In this document: positions 1-11,938 of the stretch, one piece after another
How positions within the stretch are numbered: position 1 is the stretch's first letter
How the letters are laid out: each line of letters begins with the position of its first letter
Assembly: GCA_963844035.1 (NCBI GenBank)
Contig: CAWJMT010000004.1
Span: 352,001 to 416,000 of the forward strand
Origin: an uncultured Gemmatimonadales bacterium
GTDB lineage: Bacteria; Gemmatimonadota; Gemmatimonadetes; Gemmatimonadales; GWC2-71-9
Length of the DNA stretch: 64,000 nt
Direction of reading: 5' to 3'
The notes under the pieces: generated by a model
The model's database searches: none
The model's input: the letters and a program-made list of their open reading frames with translations, nothing else
Told to the model about the DNA's origin: nothing
Position numbers and translations under genes: made by a program

Positions 1-340
1 AGCGCACCGTGCACCCCCAGCGACACGATACCCATGCCGAAGACCGTGCGATCTGCCTTGCGCGCGGAGTCTCTCAACCTCAGAAACACGACACCCTCGT
101 GGCCACAGGTGGCAGACAGGACGGATCGAAGGGGTAAAAGGTTACAGTGTCGCTCGTAGCGCCGGCCCGTCCCTCCGGGGTATGTTCTGATGGGGACCAG
201 GGTGACTCCAGCCTCCTACCCAGGAGCCACCTTGGTGATGTCTCACTTCGAGGGGCCTGGGCTCTCAGTCCAGCCTTCACCTGCCCGCACCACATGCGCC
301 GGCTTCAGACACCGACCCGCCGGAAAGTCGTGCAGGTCTT

Positions 341-883
341 ATGGCCGTCAACATCACGAAGGCGCTGGTTCACGCCCTGGAACAGGTGCGAGAACTGGGT
401 ACAAAGAAGCAGATCGTCCTGAAGATCGACTGCCCGGCGGTCCTCCCCCCGGCGAAGGGCAATACCCAGCAGCTCGAACGTCTGTTGCGCACCCTCCTCC
501 TGCACGCCATTCAAGTCAGCTCGCGGGGTGGCATCGTGGAAGTGTTCGCGGTGACTACCCTGCACGGTGTGCGGGGGAAGAGCGACTCAGTCGCGGTCGT
601 GGTGGCGGACAACGGCACCGGTCTGCAACGCAAGGGATTCGACCGTCTCTTCGGCCCTTTCCGGCCATCGGGGGTGCTCGAGATGCACGGCGTACGGCGG
701 GGCGCGCAGATGCTGTCGCTCACCTGCCGGCTGGGTCAGCTCACGGGTGGTCGGGTGTGGATAAAGAGCAAAGCCGGCCGGGGAAGCATCCTCGCGGCGG
801 TGCTCCCGGTCTCCCGCGCGCGGCGTACGGCGGCCATCGCGGCTCCCATGGCTGGGAACCGTCCGGACGAGGTGGCGCCTTAA
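341..883 (+). CDS. Degenerate histidine-kinase-like ATPase (HATPase_c) domain protein
   Basis: LERLLRTLLLHAI (N-box-like), VVVADNGTGL (D/G1 box), GGRVWIKSKAGRGS; G2 box degenerate. Confidence 0.65.
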   Translation: MAVNITKALVHALEQVRELGTKKQIVLKIDCPAVLPPAKGNTQQLERLLRTLLLHAIQVSSRGGIVEVFAVTTLHGVRGKSDSVAVVVADNGTGLQRKGFDRLFGPFRPSGVLEMHGVRRGAQMLSLTCRLGQLTGGRVWIKSKAGRGSILAAVLPVSRARRTAAIAAPMAGNRPDEVAP

Positions 884-930
884 GAAATCGTACGCCGTAG
901 CGGTTTCTACTTTTTCGGAGGTGGGCCTCA

Positions 931-1326
931 ATGCGATACGTGACCCCGATCGGGCGGGTTGCCTTCTCCCTCATTTTCCTCTTGGCACCGGTTTCGCACT
1001 TCACGGCTGGGGCCGTGGCTTACGCGACCCAGGCCGGGGTGCCGATGGCGGGCCTGCTCGTCCCGTTCAGCGGGCTGCTCGCGTTGGTCGGGGGATTGAG
1101 TGTCGCGCTTGGCTACCAGGCACGGATCGGCGCGTGGTTGTTGGTCCTGTTTCTCGTCCCCGTGACGTTCATGATGCACGCCTTCTGGACCGTGTCCGAT
1201 CCAATGATGAAACAGTTCCAGATGGCCATGTTCATGAAGAACATCGGGCTGCTCGGCGGGGCACTGCTGATCACCCAGTTCGGAGCCGGCGCGATGAGCC
1301 TGGACGCCAGGCGCAGCGCGCTCTAG
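931..1326 (+). CDS. DoxX family membrane protein
   Basis: IGRVAFSLIF...HAFW...FMKNIGLLGGALL...GAGAMSLD, typical of DoxX. Confidence 0.9.
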   Translation: MRYVTPIGRVAFSLIFLLAPVSHFTAGAVAYATQAGVPMAGLLVPFSGLLALVGGLSVALGYQARIGAWLLVLFLVPVTFMMHAFWTVSDPMMKQFQMAMFMKNIGLLGGALLITQFGAGAMSLDARRSAL

Positions 1327-1832
1327 ACGGAGCGGAATACCGCGAACGCGGCGACTACAGCGATCACGACGCCCAGGGCGATCTTGGTCGCAGCGGCGGC
1401 GGCGCGTCCCAGCACCGCGCCCCACCCCGCACGAACCGCCGTGTCCGGGGCTCGTGAGAACGAGTACTCGAACACGGCGGCGCCGGCAAATGACCCGGCG
1501 AACGCACCGATCACGCTGCCGATGATCGGCACCGGAACACCTACGACGGCGCCGACGAGCCCCCCGATCAACGCGCCCCAGCCTGCGCGAGACGATCCGC
1601 CGTAGCGCCGCGCGACCCCGAAACCCAGCCACGCCTCGAGGACCTCGCCCAGGAGAGCGAGCGACACCACGATCGCGATGGACGCGACGCCGACGGTGTG
1701 AAAGCTCGTGAGCCACCCGTAGCCGATCACCCCCAACACCATCACCCAAAGGCCGGGCAGGCCGAGCGGGACCAGCACCAGCCCACCCACACAGCACAGC
1801 GCGAGCAGTACGCCCTCGAGCGCGTGACTCAC
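1323..1832 (-). CDS. DUF456 family membrane protein
   Basis: LGLPG, ARRYGGSSRAGWGALIGGLVG, PIIGSVIGAFAG motifs. Confidence 0.85.
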   Translation of the reverse strand: MSHALEGVLLALCCVGGLVLVPLGLPGLWVMVLGVIGYGWLTSFHTVGVASIAIVVSLALLGEVLEAWLGFGVARRYGGSSRAGWGALIGGLVGAVVGVPVPIIGSVIGAFAGSFAGAAVFEYSFSRAPDTAVRAGWGAVLGRAAAAATKIALGVVIAVVAAFAVFRSV

Positions 1833-1838
1833 GCCGGT

Positions 1839-2348
1839 TCAGCTCTTGCGCGTGAAATCGAACACCTGGCTGTGGTCATTGCCGTTCTCCCGCCAGGTCC
1901 ACGTCTCACTCATGTGATCACGGTCCTTCAGGGCCACGCTGAGGTGGTCCATGTGGCCGGCTGTCGGACTCGCGAGGTTGGTGGCGCGGACGAATGAGAA
2001 CGAAAACACCGTCATGGGCCCGGTGACCGGCTCAGTGCTCATCTGGGGCTGGTTGCCCGAGCTGCAGTAGTGGGTGACGGCCAGCCGATCGCCGTCCGGC
2101 GTGTAGAGGGTGATCATTTCCGCCTCCCCCGCCATCGAGAGCCGTTCGAGCAGCGCCGTTCCATTCGAGACGAGCTGGTAGGATGCCTGCACCGGCTTGC
2201 CGTGCGCCTGCCCGGTCCATTCGCCGACGAGCGCTTTGAGCTGCTCGAACCCTTGAGATGACTTCATGGTGTGTTGCTGGGCGGCGACCGGCGTCGCGAG
2301 CCACGCTGTGGCGAGCGTGAGTGTAACAGCCGTGAGTGACGTCTTCAT
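1839..2348 (-). CDS. Secreted hypothetical protein
   Basis: Signal peptide MKTSLTAV...AAQ; FEQLKALVGEW and THYCSSGNQP motifs. Confidence 0.75.
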   Translation of the reverse strand: MKTSLTAVTLTLATAWLATPVAAQQHTMKSSQGFEQLKALVGEWTGQAHGKPVQASYQLVSNGTALLERLSMAGEAEMITLYTPDGDRLAVTHYCSSGNQPQMSTEPVTGPMTVFSFSFVRATNLASPTAGHMDHLSVALKDRDHMSETWTWRENGNDHSQVFDFTRKS

Positions 2349-2586
2349 GGTTGGATCCCCCAGGTGGAGTGTTGCGGGTCGACTAGTCTGAATACCGTAC
2401 GAAGACGAGCGTGTCCAGTGTCGCGAACTGGAGCCGGACGCCGCACGCAGCGTGACGCCGGTCACGTATTTGTTTGACTTCGCCTGACCCGATCATTACC
2501 CTTGGCAGGTAGGCTGCGTCGGGGCGGGATTTGGCAGTGCGCCGGTCCCGCCTTCGTGCGCCAGGGGCTCATTTCCTCATAGGCAG

Positions 2587-3591
2587 GTGCGGACGATGGA
2601 GACAGAAGCACTGTGGGCTACGCGCTTGGCAGCGTACAGAGGGCCCAAACTGTGGCACAGCGTCTGGCAGCTCTCGACGGCGGCTGCGTTGTTTGCCGGA
2701 ACGTGGGCACTGATGTACGCGACCCTCGGCGTCGGGTACTGGCTCACCCTGCTCCTCGCGGTGCCGGCCGCGTTCTTCATGATCCGGCTATTCATCATTC
2801 AGCACGACTGCGGGCACGCGGCCTTCTTCAAGTCCACCCGCGTGGCGGACTTCGTCGGCTCGATTATCGGCGTGCTTACCCTGACGCCCTATCACTACTG
2901 GAAAAAGACGCACGCGATGCACCACGCCACCTCGGGCAATCTCGAGCACCGTGGGTTCGGCGACATCGACACGCTGACCGTGGGTGAGTATCTCGGGCGC
3001 TCGCGCTGGCAGCGGTTCGTCTACCGGCTGTATCGCCATCCGGCGATCCTGTTCGGGGCGGGTGCGGTAGCCCATTTCTTCATCCGCCATCGCCTGCCGA
3101 CCATCGTGCCGCGGGAGTGGACGCGGGAGCGGCGCAGCATCCTGTGGACCGACTTCTGGCTGGTCGCCGCCATCGTGGCGATGGGGATGATGTTCGGGTT
3201 CCGCGAATTCCTGCTGGTGCAGCTGCCCGTGACGCTGCTATCGACCGTGATGGGGGTGTGGCTGTTCTACGTGCAGCACCAGTTCGAGCCGACCTACTGG
3301 GAGCACGACGACCGCTGGGCGTACAACGAGGCGGCACTGCAGGGGAGCTCGTACTATCGCCTGCCGCGGCTGTTACAGTGGGCAACCGGTAATATCGGGC
3401 TGCACCACGTCCACCACCTCCATCCCCGTATCCCCAACTACCGGCTACAGCAGGCGCTGGACGATCATCCCGAGCTGCGCGACGTACCGACGCTCACGCT
3501 GTGGGAGAGTTTTCGTTGCGTACGGCTGACGTTGTGGGATGAGCAGCAAAGGAAGCTGGTGCCGTTCGCGGCAGTGCGGCACCTGGCGTAG
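2587..3591 (+). CDS. Membrane fatty acid desaturase
   Basis: Three His boxes HDCGH, HAMHH, HHVHH; hydrophobic segments. Confidence 0.95.
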   Translation: MRTMETEALWATRLAAYRGPKLWHSVWQLSTAAALFAGTWALMYATLGVGYWLTLLLAVPAAFFMIRLFIIQHDCGHAAFFKSTRVADFVGSIIGVLTLTPYHYWKKTHAMHHATSGNLEHRGFGDIDTLTVGEYLGRSRWQRFVYRLYRHPAILFGAGAVAHFFIRHRLPTIVPREWTRERRSILWTDFWLVAAIVAMGMMFGFREFLLVQLPVTLLSTVMGVWLFYVQHQFEPTYWEHDDRWAYNEAALQGSSYYRLPRLLQWATGNIGLHHVHHLHPRIPNYRLQQALDDHPELRDVPTLTLWESFRCVRLTLWDEQQRKLVPFAAVRHLA

Positions 3592-3616
3592 CAGCAGGTC
3601 TTCTATCCGTTGTCGT

Positions 3617-3998
3617 TCACCCCGTTTCCCACCACGCCACGGCCTCTTCGTACCCGCATTTCCGGCACCGGACGGTGACGGGAGGGACGGGCGGGAGCTT
3701 GATACGCGAGGCGCAGTGCGGGCACACCGCGTAGATGCGACCCACGTCGTCCTTGGTGCCCTCGGCAGGGTTGTAGTTCGAACTGCGCGCGGTACACGGC
3801 GGTGAAGTGGCGGGGGCGGTTGGGGCGGGTTTCGACGGCGTCCTTCGGCAGGGCCACGGCTCCCCCCGGTACATCGAGCACTACCCGGGTCGCGCCGCCC
3901 CGCAGGACGGGGTACCAGGCACCTTGGCGCACCGTGCCCCACTCCGGGTCGCGCTTTGCAGCGACCCAGATCCGTGCCCATCCGTTCGACTGCTCCAT
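3617..3998 (-). CDS. Small hypothetical protein with C-terminal Zn ribbon (one frameshift near 3780)
   Basis: N-part MEQSNGWAR...VRQGAWYPV joins in another frame to CPHC...CRKC...AWWETG. Confidence 0.6.
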
Positions 3999-4140
3999 GG
4001 TTAGACATTGGGGCCGACCGGCGTGCTCGCGCCGTGATCCAGGTGACATTTCGTCCGGCCTCATGTCCCTGGAACACCCGGCGAACCACCTATCCCGCCG
4101 TCGCTCCCGGTGCAAGATTGAGCCACCGGGAGGTAACCCT

Positions 4141-5296
4141 TTGACGCAGGATCGCAGCCCCACGCGGGGCAGGCTGCGGCACGACAGCGTGCCCATGCAG
4201 CTCTATCACGCGGCCAAGCAGCAGAGCGCCTGGGACCCGCGCCTGCTGGACGTCAGCCAGGACGTGAAGGATTTCGCCGGCCTCACCGTGGTCGAGAAGG
4301 ACACGGTGGTGCGCCTCTGCGCCATGTACCTGGCCGCGGAAGAAGGAATGACCCGGGACCTGCTGCCCCTCCTCACCACCGCTGGTACGCGAGGGCCGGC
4401 TCGAGGAGGAGCTGTTCCTCACCACCTTCCTCGCCGACGAGGCGAAGCACATCGAGTTCTTCCGGCGGGTGCTGGAGGATGTCTGCGGACAATCGGGCGA
4501 CCTGCTCCGCTACCAAACCCCGACGTTCCAAAGGTTGTTTTCGGAGAAGTTGCCCGCCGCCATGCAGCTATTGCTGACCGACTCGTCCCCCGCGGCCCAG
4601 GCGACGGCGATGGTCCATTACACGCTGGTGGGGGAGGGGGTACTGGGCGAAGCGGGGTACCACGTGTTCCGCACGACCCTCGACGGACGCGGCCTGATGC
4701 CCGGGGTCCGGGAAGGATTGCGCTGCGCCCAGGCGGACGAGGACCGCCACATGGCGTACGGCATCTTCATGCTGTCGCGCCTGATGGGCGAGGACCCCGA
4801 GGTGTGGAACGTGATTCGCCAGACCATGGACGACCTGATCCCGGACACACTCGGGATCGTGACCGAGTTCTACGATTCCTACGACCCGATCCCGTTCGGT
4901 CTGTCGCTCAAGGACACAGTCGAATACGCCATGGAGAAGTTCGCCGTCCGGTGGGAGTCGCTCGAAGAAGGGCGGGAGCGCGCCAAGGAAGCCGCCGCCC
5001 TCTCACCCGAAGACGACGCGGTGCGGCAGGTGCTCGCGTGGGTGCGCGAGCGCGCGCACCCCACTCCCGTCGAGGTGCAGCGGGACGACGTCGCGTCGAT
5101 CTACGCGTTCCGGGTCGGGGCGGCCGGCGGCTCGACGCTGCTGATCTCGCAGGAAGTGCTGGCCCATCACCCCTCGCTCGAAATCATCGCGGTGCTGGGC
5201 GAGCATCAAGTCCCCGATCGCTGGCGCGAGCGGACCGGGCGGCTGATGTGTCTGCGGGCGCGCGGCAAGATCGTCGTGCAAGCGCCCGCGATCTGA
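4141..5296 (+). CDS. R2-like ligand-binding oxidase (ferritin-like dimetal-carboxylate protein) with C-terminal extension; frameshift near 4385
   Basis: WDP, EEGMT, DEAKH, EGVLGEAGY, DEDRHMAYG; GGAGG RBS before TTG 4141. Confidence 0.85.
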
Positions 5297-5312
5297 CGGG
5301 AGCGGCGCGCTC

Positions 5313-6816
5313 CTAGTGCTTCCCGGCCGGAGCCCCGGCCCCGGTCCAACTCCCACCCAACGCCTTGTAGAGCTGCACCGACGCCGTGAGCTGCAGCAGC
5401 TCGGCCTGACTCAACGCTAACTCGGCATCGAACAGGCTGCGCTGCGCATCGAGCACCTCGAGATAGCTCGCCACCCCGGTCGCGTAGCGCGAGTCGGCAA
5501 GCTTGAGGGCGCGCCGCAGCGCGCGCGCCTGCGTCGCCTGCGCGGCCACCTGGTCGCGCGCCGAGCGCGCGCCCGCCAGCGCATCTCCCGCCTCGCGCAG
5601 CGCGATGAGGGCCGTCTGCTCGTAGTGCGCGCGCGCCTCTTCCGCGCGCGCCCGCGCCACGCGGGTCTGGTTGACCAGCCGCCCCCCGGTGAACAGGGGA
5701 ATCGAGATCCCCGCCTGCAGCTGGTAGATGTTGGCCTGGGGCTCGCCCAACTGGCTGAAGTTCGCCGCCACCGAACCCACGTTGCCGGTGATCATGAACG
5801 TCGGCAGCCGCGCGGCGACCGCCACGCCGATCCGGGCCGTCGCGGCGGCGTAGGCGCGCTCGGCCTCCAGCACGTCGGGCCGGCGCTCGAGCAGCGTCGC
5901 GGGCAGCGAGTCGGGAACGATGACGGCGCGCGCCGCCTCGGTGAGCGAGCCGCCCCGCGGAATGGTCGTCGGCGCCTGCCCGAGCAGCACGCTGAGCGCG
6001 TGCTCCTGATTCGCTCGCAGCCGCTCTACCTGGGCGAGTCGCACGGCGGGTACCGCGACCTGCGCCTCGAACTGCCGCACGTCGAGCTCGGAGATGAGGC
6101 CCGAGGCGTAGCGGCGCTGCACCAGGTCGAGCGTCGACCCGGCGGGACGCCAGCGTCTGCTCGGCAGTGGCCCACTCCTGGTCGAGCTCGAGCAGCTCGA
6201 GGTACCCGGACGCCACGTCGCTCACGAGCGACAACACGGCGGCCTGTGCGGCTGCCTCCTGGGCGCTCAGGTCGGCGCCGGCGGCCTGCATGCCCCGGCG
6301 GGTCCGGCCCCAGAAGTCGAGCTCCCAGGCGACGTCCGCCGTGACGCGCCACGCCTTGTATTCGATGGGCGGGATCGCGCCGAAGGCGATCTTGTTCGTG
6401 CTCCAGCTGCCGTTGGCCGTGAGACTCGGGAAACAGCGGGCCGCGGGCCACGCCCGCCGCCGCGCGGTACTCGCGGATCCTGGCCTGAGCCAGGGCCAGG
6501 TCGCGGTTGTACTGCACGGCCGTCGTCGACGAGGCGCACCAGCACCGTGTCGGCCAGCAGGTCGAGCCAGGCGAGGTCGGCGATCGAGTCCGCCGCAAGT
6601 GAGCGCGGCGGCGGCGCCGGATCGCGCGGCCGGAGAGTGTCGGCGGCGCGGGCCGCCGCGCAGAGAATCGAAGAAGCTGCGCGCCGAGTCGGTCCGGCTG
6701 CGCACGCCGACCCGTGTGCCCGCCGGGACGACGGGCTCCGGGTGATAGCCCGGACCTACCGCGCAGCCGGCGAGCGACGGCGCCGAGCGCGACGGCGATA
6801 GCTTCGCGAAGCTCAT
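5313..6816 (-). CDS. RND efflux outer-membrane lipoprotein (NodT/OprM family), frameshifted
   Basis: AGC lipobox, WELDFWG, LLERRPDV, SYLEVLDAQR, LYKALGGSW spread over several frames. Confidence 0.9.
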
Positions 6817-9800
6817 GCCGCCTCCTTGCCGCGCTCCGCCAGGCCGCGGATCACGCGGAAGAACAGCGGGATGAAGAAGATGCCGATGGTGGTGGCGACG
6901 AGCATCCCGGAGAACACGGTCGTGCCGATGGAGTGACGGCTCGCCGCGCCGGCGCCGCCCGCCACCACCAGCGGCGCGACGCCGAGGATGAACGCGAACG
7001 AGGTCATGAGGATCGGACGGAACCGCTGGCGCGCCGCCTGGACCGCCGCCTGACGGATCGGCAGCCCCTGGTTGCGGAGCTCGTTCGCGAACTCGACGAT
7101 CAGGATCGCGTTCTTCGCCGCGAGCCCCACGACCGTGATCAGGCCGACCTGAAAGTAGATGTCGCTCGGCAGCCCCCGCGACCAGACGCCGAAGTAGGCG
7201 CCCAGCACGCCGAACGGCACGCCGAACAGCACCGCGAACGGCAGCGACCAGCTCTCGTACTGCGCGGCGAGCACGAGGAAGACGAGCACCAGGCCGAGCG
7301 CGAACACGAGCGCCGCCGCGCCGCTCGATGCCCGCTCCTGGTAGGACTGGCCCGAGTACGCGAGGCCGACGCCTTCCGACGCGAACCGGGTGCGGACCAG
7401 GTCGTCCAGCCCGTTCATCATCTCTCCCGAGCTGTGTCCCGGCCCGCGGCACGCCGGTGACGAACGCCGACGTGAAGCCGTTGAACCGGGTGAGCAGCGT
7501 GGGCCCGCTCCTGAACTCCGTCCGGGTGAGCGCCGAGATCGGGATCATCGCGTCGTTCGTGCCGCGCACGTAGAGCGCGCCGATGTCCGCCGGCGTTTCG
7601 CGGAACGGCGCCTGCGCCTCGATCTGCACGCGATAGGTCCGCCCGTAGAGGTTGAAGTCGTTGATGTACAGGGTGGACAGGAGCGCCTGCAGCGTGCCGA
7701 ACAGGTCGGTGAGCTTCACGCCGCGCGCCTTGGCCGCGGTGCGATCCACGTCCACGAACAGCTGCGGCACGTTGACCCGGAAGTTGGCCTGCACCCCCTG
7801 CACCGCGGGCAGCTGGTTGGCCGCCTGCGAGAAATCCCTGCACCGCGCCGGCGAAGTCCTGGACGCTCTGGCCGGAGCGGTTCTGCAGGTTTGCTTCCAC
7901 GCCGGCCGTCGCGCCCAGGCCGATGATCTCGGGCAGATTGAAGGCGAAGCCGACCGCGTCTTTCATGCCGAACAGCCGGCCGTTCACCCGGCCCGTGATG
8001 GCGTCGATCGACGAGGTCTTGTCGCGCTCGTCCCACGGCTTCACGTTCACGAAGATGGTGGCGCTGTTGGGCTGGCTCGCGCGGGTGAGAATGTCGAAGC
8101 CCGGCGAGCGCGACGATGTTGCGCACCGCCGGCTCCTGGCGCAGGAACCCCTCCACGCGCTCGACCACCGCCGTGGTGCGCTGCAGCGACGCGCCGTCGG
8201 GAAGCTGCACCGCGATGGCGAAGTAGCCCTTGTCTTCGGTCGGGATGAAGGCCCGCGGCACGTGCCGCCACAGCACACCCGCCAGCACGACCACCACCGC
8301 GAAGGCCGCGAGCCACGCGCGCGGCCGCCCCAGCACGCGGTCGACCGCGCCGGCGTAGCGTCCGCTCACGCGCGCGAACCAGCGGTTGAACGACCCGAAG
8401 AAACCGGTCGTGTGCGCTTCGGCCGCTTCCTTCAGCAGCATGGCGCACAGCGCCGGCGTCAGCGTCAGCGCCACGATTCCCGACAGCACGACCGCGATGA
8501 CGATGGTGATCGCGAACTGCTTGAACATCCCGCCCGTCACGCCGCCCGTGAACGCCACGGGAACGAACACGGCGACGAGCGACAGCACGATCGCCACCAG
8601 CGCCCCCGCCACCTGCCGGATGGCGCGGTCCGCCGCGACCCGCGCCGGCACGTTCTCGGTCGCCATGATGCGCTCGACGTTTTCGATCACCACGATGGCG
8701 TCGTCCACCACGATGCCGATCGCGAGCACCAGGGCGAACAGCGTGAGCACGTTGATCGAGAAGCCGAGGATCCAGAGGCCGAGAAACGTGCCGATCACGC
8801 TCACCGGAACCGCGAGCATCGGGATCAGCGTCGCGCGCCAGCTCTGGAGGAACACGAACACCACGCAGCGCGACCAGCAGCATCGCCTCGAGCAGCGTGA
8901 TCACGACCTCCTTGATCGACGCCGTGACGAACGGCGTGGTGTCGAACGGGATCTGGTAGCGGATCCCGCGCGGGAACGCCGGTGGACAGCTCGTCGAGCC
9001 GATGCTCGACGCGCCTGGCGTACGCCCAGGGCGTTGGCGCCGGGCCGCAGGAACAGCAGCATGAACGCGGTGGGACCGCCGTTCAGGCGGCTGGCGAAGT
9101 CGTAGCTCTGCGAGCCGAGCACGGCGCGCCCGATGTCGCGGATCCGCACCAGCGATCCGTTGGGCTCGGCGCGGATGACGATGTCGTTGAACTGCTCCGG
9201 CGTCTGCGAGCCGGCCCGAGGCGTGGTGACGGGAATCGTGAGCTGCGTGCCCGCGGGCGCCGGCTCGCGGCCGATGCGCCCGGCCGGGTTGGTGGCGTTC
9301 TGCTCGCGCACGGCGGCCGCCACGTCGCCCACCGTGATCCCGAGCTGGGCCATCTTGTCGGGATCGAGCTGGAGCAGCATCGAGAACTGCAGCCCGCCGA
9401 ACGTCTGCGCGTTGCCCACGCCGGGGACGCGCTTCAGCTCGTCCTCGACGAACAGCTTCATGTAGTTGGTGAGGTACGCAGCGTCGTAGCGTCGGGTCGC
9501 TGGACGTCAGCGCCACCACCGCCAGGATGTCGGAGTTCGCCTTGAGGATCGTGATGCCGTTCTGCCGCACGGCGTCCGGCAGCTGCGGCTGCGCGAGCTG
9601 CACGGCGTTCTGCACGTCGACCGCCGCGAGGTCCTGGGAGCGGGTGACGTCGAAGTAGATCTGCAGGAACATCGTCCCGTCGCTCGCGTTGGCCGACGTG
9701 TAGTACAGCAGCCCCTGGAGTCCCGAGAGCTGCGCCTCGATCGGCGCCGCGACCGCGTCCGCGACGTCCTGCGCGGTGGCGCCCGGGTACACGGCCGACA

Positions 9801-9947
9801 CCTGCGACGGCGGGGGGAGTGATCTGCGGATAGCGCGACAGCGGCAGCAGCCGGATCGCGAACACGCCGAGCAGCGTGACCACGATCGAGATCACGCCGG
9901 CCAGTACCGGCCGGCGGATGAAGAAGTATTTGATTTCGTCGCGTCAT
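6813..9947 (-). CDS. RND multidrug efflux permease (HAE1/AcrB family), several frameshifts
   Basis: FFIRRPV, AIGIVVDDAIVVIENVER, LAAQYESW, AKNAILIVEFA, RFRPILMTS. Confidence 0.93.
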
Positions 9948-11040
9948 CGCGGCCGCCACGCTCGAATCGGCGAGCGGCACCGGCCGCACCGGGCGGCCCG
10001 GCATCACCTTCTGGGTGCCGTCCACGATCACGCGGTCGCCCGGCCGCAGGCCCCGGTCGATGATCCAGAGTCCGCCGCTCCAGGGTCCGGGGTGGACGTC
10101 GCGCGCCACCGCGGTGTCGCCCGCGCCCACCACGTACACGAACTGGCGTCCCAATCCGGACAGCACCGCGCGCAGCGGGACCGCGAGGGCGCTGTCGCGC
10201 GCGAACCCCACCAGCCGCACCCGCACGAACTGCCCCGGCATGAGGATCCGGTCGGCGTTCGCGAACACGGACCGGAACTCCTGCGTTCCGGTCTCCGCGT
10301 CGAGCGCCGGCGCCACGAAGTCCAGCTGGCCGGTGCGCGGCAGCAGCGACCCGTCGGCGAGCACCACCTGCACCGTGAGCGGGCTCCCCTGCCGGATCAG
10401 GGCGCGAGCGCCGGGATCCCCGTGCCACGCGCCGAGCTGCTCGGAGGACGGCCGAAACGTCACGTAGACGGGATCGAGCCGGTCGATGGTCGTCAGCAGA
10501 TCGGCGGGACCGGTCACACGCGCGCCCACGTCCAGCATGGTGCGCCCCACCCGCCCGTCGATCTCGGCGCGTACGTCGGTGTCGTCCAGGTCCTTTTTCG
10601 CCTGCCGCAGCGCGGCCTGCGCCGACTCGAGCTCCGATTGCGCATTGTCCACCTCCTGCTGCGCGATCGCGTGCTCCGCCACCAGCGGCTCGATCCGGTC
10701 GTAGCGTCCGCTTGGCGTTTTCGAACCGCGCGAGCGCGCTGCGATACGCCGCGTCGTAGCGCACCCGCTCGAGGCGGTACAGCACCTGCCCCGCCTGCAC
10801 GAGCGACCCTTCCGTGAAGGGCCGCTGCTCGATGATGCCCTCCACCCGGGAGCGGACCTGCACCCGCCGGTACGACACTACCTCGCCGGTGAACTCGTAC
10901 GACTGGGACACCGTCCCCGGCCGCATCTCGATGATCGACACTTCGGGCGGCGGAAATTGTGGCGGCCCTCCCTTGGGGCCGCACGCGGCAACCATGATGA
11001 GGGCCGCAACCGCCCCTGCCAACGCGTCCTGCTTCTTCAC
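9944..11040 (-). CDS. RND periplasmic adaptor (membrane fusion) lipoprotein, frameshifted
   Basis: VAAC lipobox, VRSRVEGII, AEIDGRVG, MPGQFVRV, GLRPGDRVIVDG. Confidence 0.92.
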
Positions 11041-11376
11041 TCAACCCCCTTTTGATCTGATGACGTCACCGGAAGCTCAATCGCGCGCGCCGCGCCATGT
11101 GCTCGTAAACCCGCCCGCTGTCGATCCAGTTCCGGCAGCGCGATTGGAGATACGTGGCCAGAGGAGGGCGAATAATGTCGATACAGTCCCGACGGTCAAC
11201 CGTTGCGCGCGCGCGACGCCCCTGTCTCAATACGCGGCGCGGTGCCGCGAACCGCGGCGCTGACCGGCGCCGCACGCACCCCCACAAAGCCCGCCATTCC
11301 TGGAGAACTCACACGGCATGACGCTTGCCCGGGATAACGACCCGCCGGGAGTCGCTGTACGAACCTCCGGCCCAGA

Positions 11377-11456
11377 GGCCGACAAAGGCACACCCGGAGC
11401 GATCCGGGGCCGCAAAGCCAGGAGTCTCCCCCGGGGAGACCGTCCGGTTGCCGACG
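11377..11456 (+). promoter_or_regulatory. Cyclic di-GMP-I (GEMM-I) riboswitch
   Basis: AAGGCACACC-CGGA-GCGA-UCCG-GGGCCGCAAAGCC...GUCU...AGAC...GGUUGCCGA matches the GEMM-I pattern (GNRA-capped P2, GCAAAGCC junction, P3, GGUUGCCGA). Confidence 0.85.
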
Positions 11457-11501
11457 CCGACGTCATGGCTCGGGATCCTACTCAACAGAGCGGACCGATC
11501 C

Positions 11502-11915
11502 ATGATTGGGAGGTCATCGCGAGAATTCCTTGGCATTCTCTCCGCCATCGCTTTATTGACCGGTTGCACGGCGAGCAATCTTGGTCCGGTGGTCGTTGGC
11601 ACACAGGTGGTGGCACATGAAGATTGGAAGCCGATTTGGGCGGACTTGCAGGCATGCACGGGAATCACTGGTGACTTCGCACGATTGAATGTCTATCAGT
11701 CGGCAAATGGCACACTGAGTGGTGAAGCGCTCGGTCGTTGGGTCGCTCCGCACAACATTTATCTTGCCGACTATGTATTCGAAACCAACTTCACGGCGAT
11801 CGTCCAACACGAGATGATTCACGACTTGATCGGGATGAGTGACCCCCACCATCTGAATCCACTCTGGAAGCAGTGCGATCCCAACTACGCCTTCATCGAA
11901 GAGAAGAACCGCTAG
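11502..11915 (+). CDS. Small lipoprotein with HExxH zinc-metallopeptidase motif
   Basis: LLTGC lipobox; HEMIHDLIG...DPHH; GC visibly lower than the flanks. Confidence 0.7.
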   Translation: MIGRSSREFLGILSAIALLTGCTASNLGPVVVGTQVVAHEDWKPIWADLQACTGITGDFARLNVYQSANGTLSGEALGRWVAPHNIYLADYVFETNFTAIVQHEMIHDLIGMSDPHHLNPLWKQCDPNYAFIEEKNR

Positions 11916-11938
11916 GCGGGACGTTAGCAGCCTGGAGA

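Noticed and set aside
5313..11040. Programmed frameshifting or mass pseudogenisation
   Set aside because: Indels are scattered through many unrelated genes including hemH and mgtE, with no consistent slippery sites; most likely long-read error.
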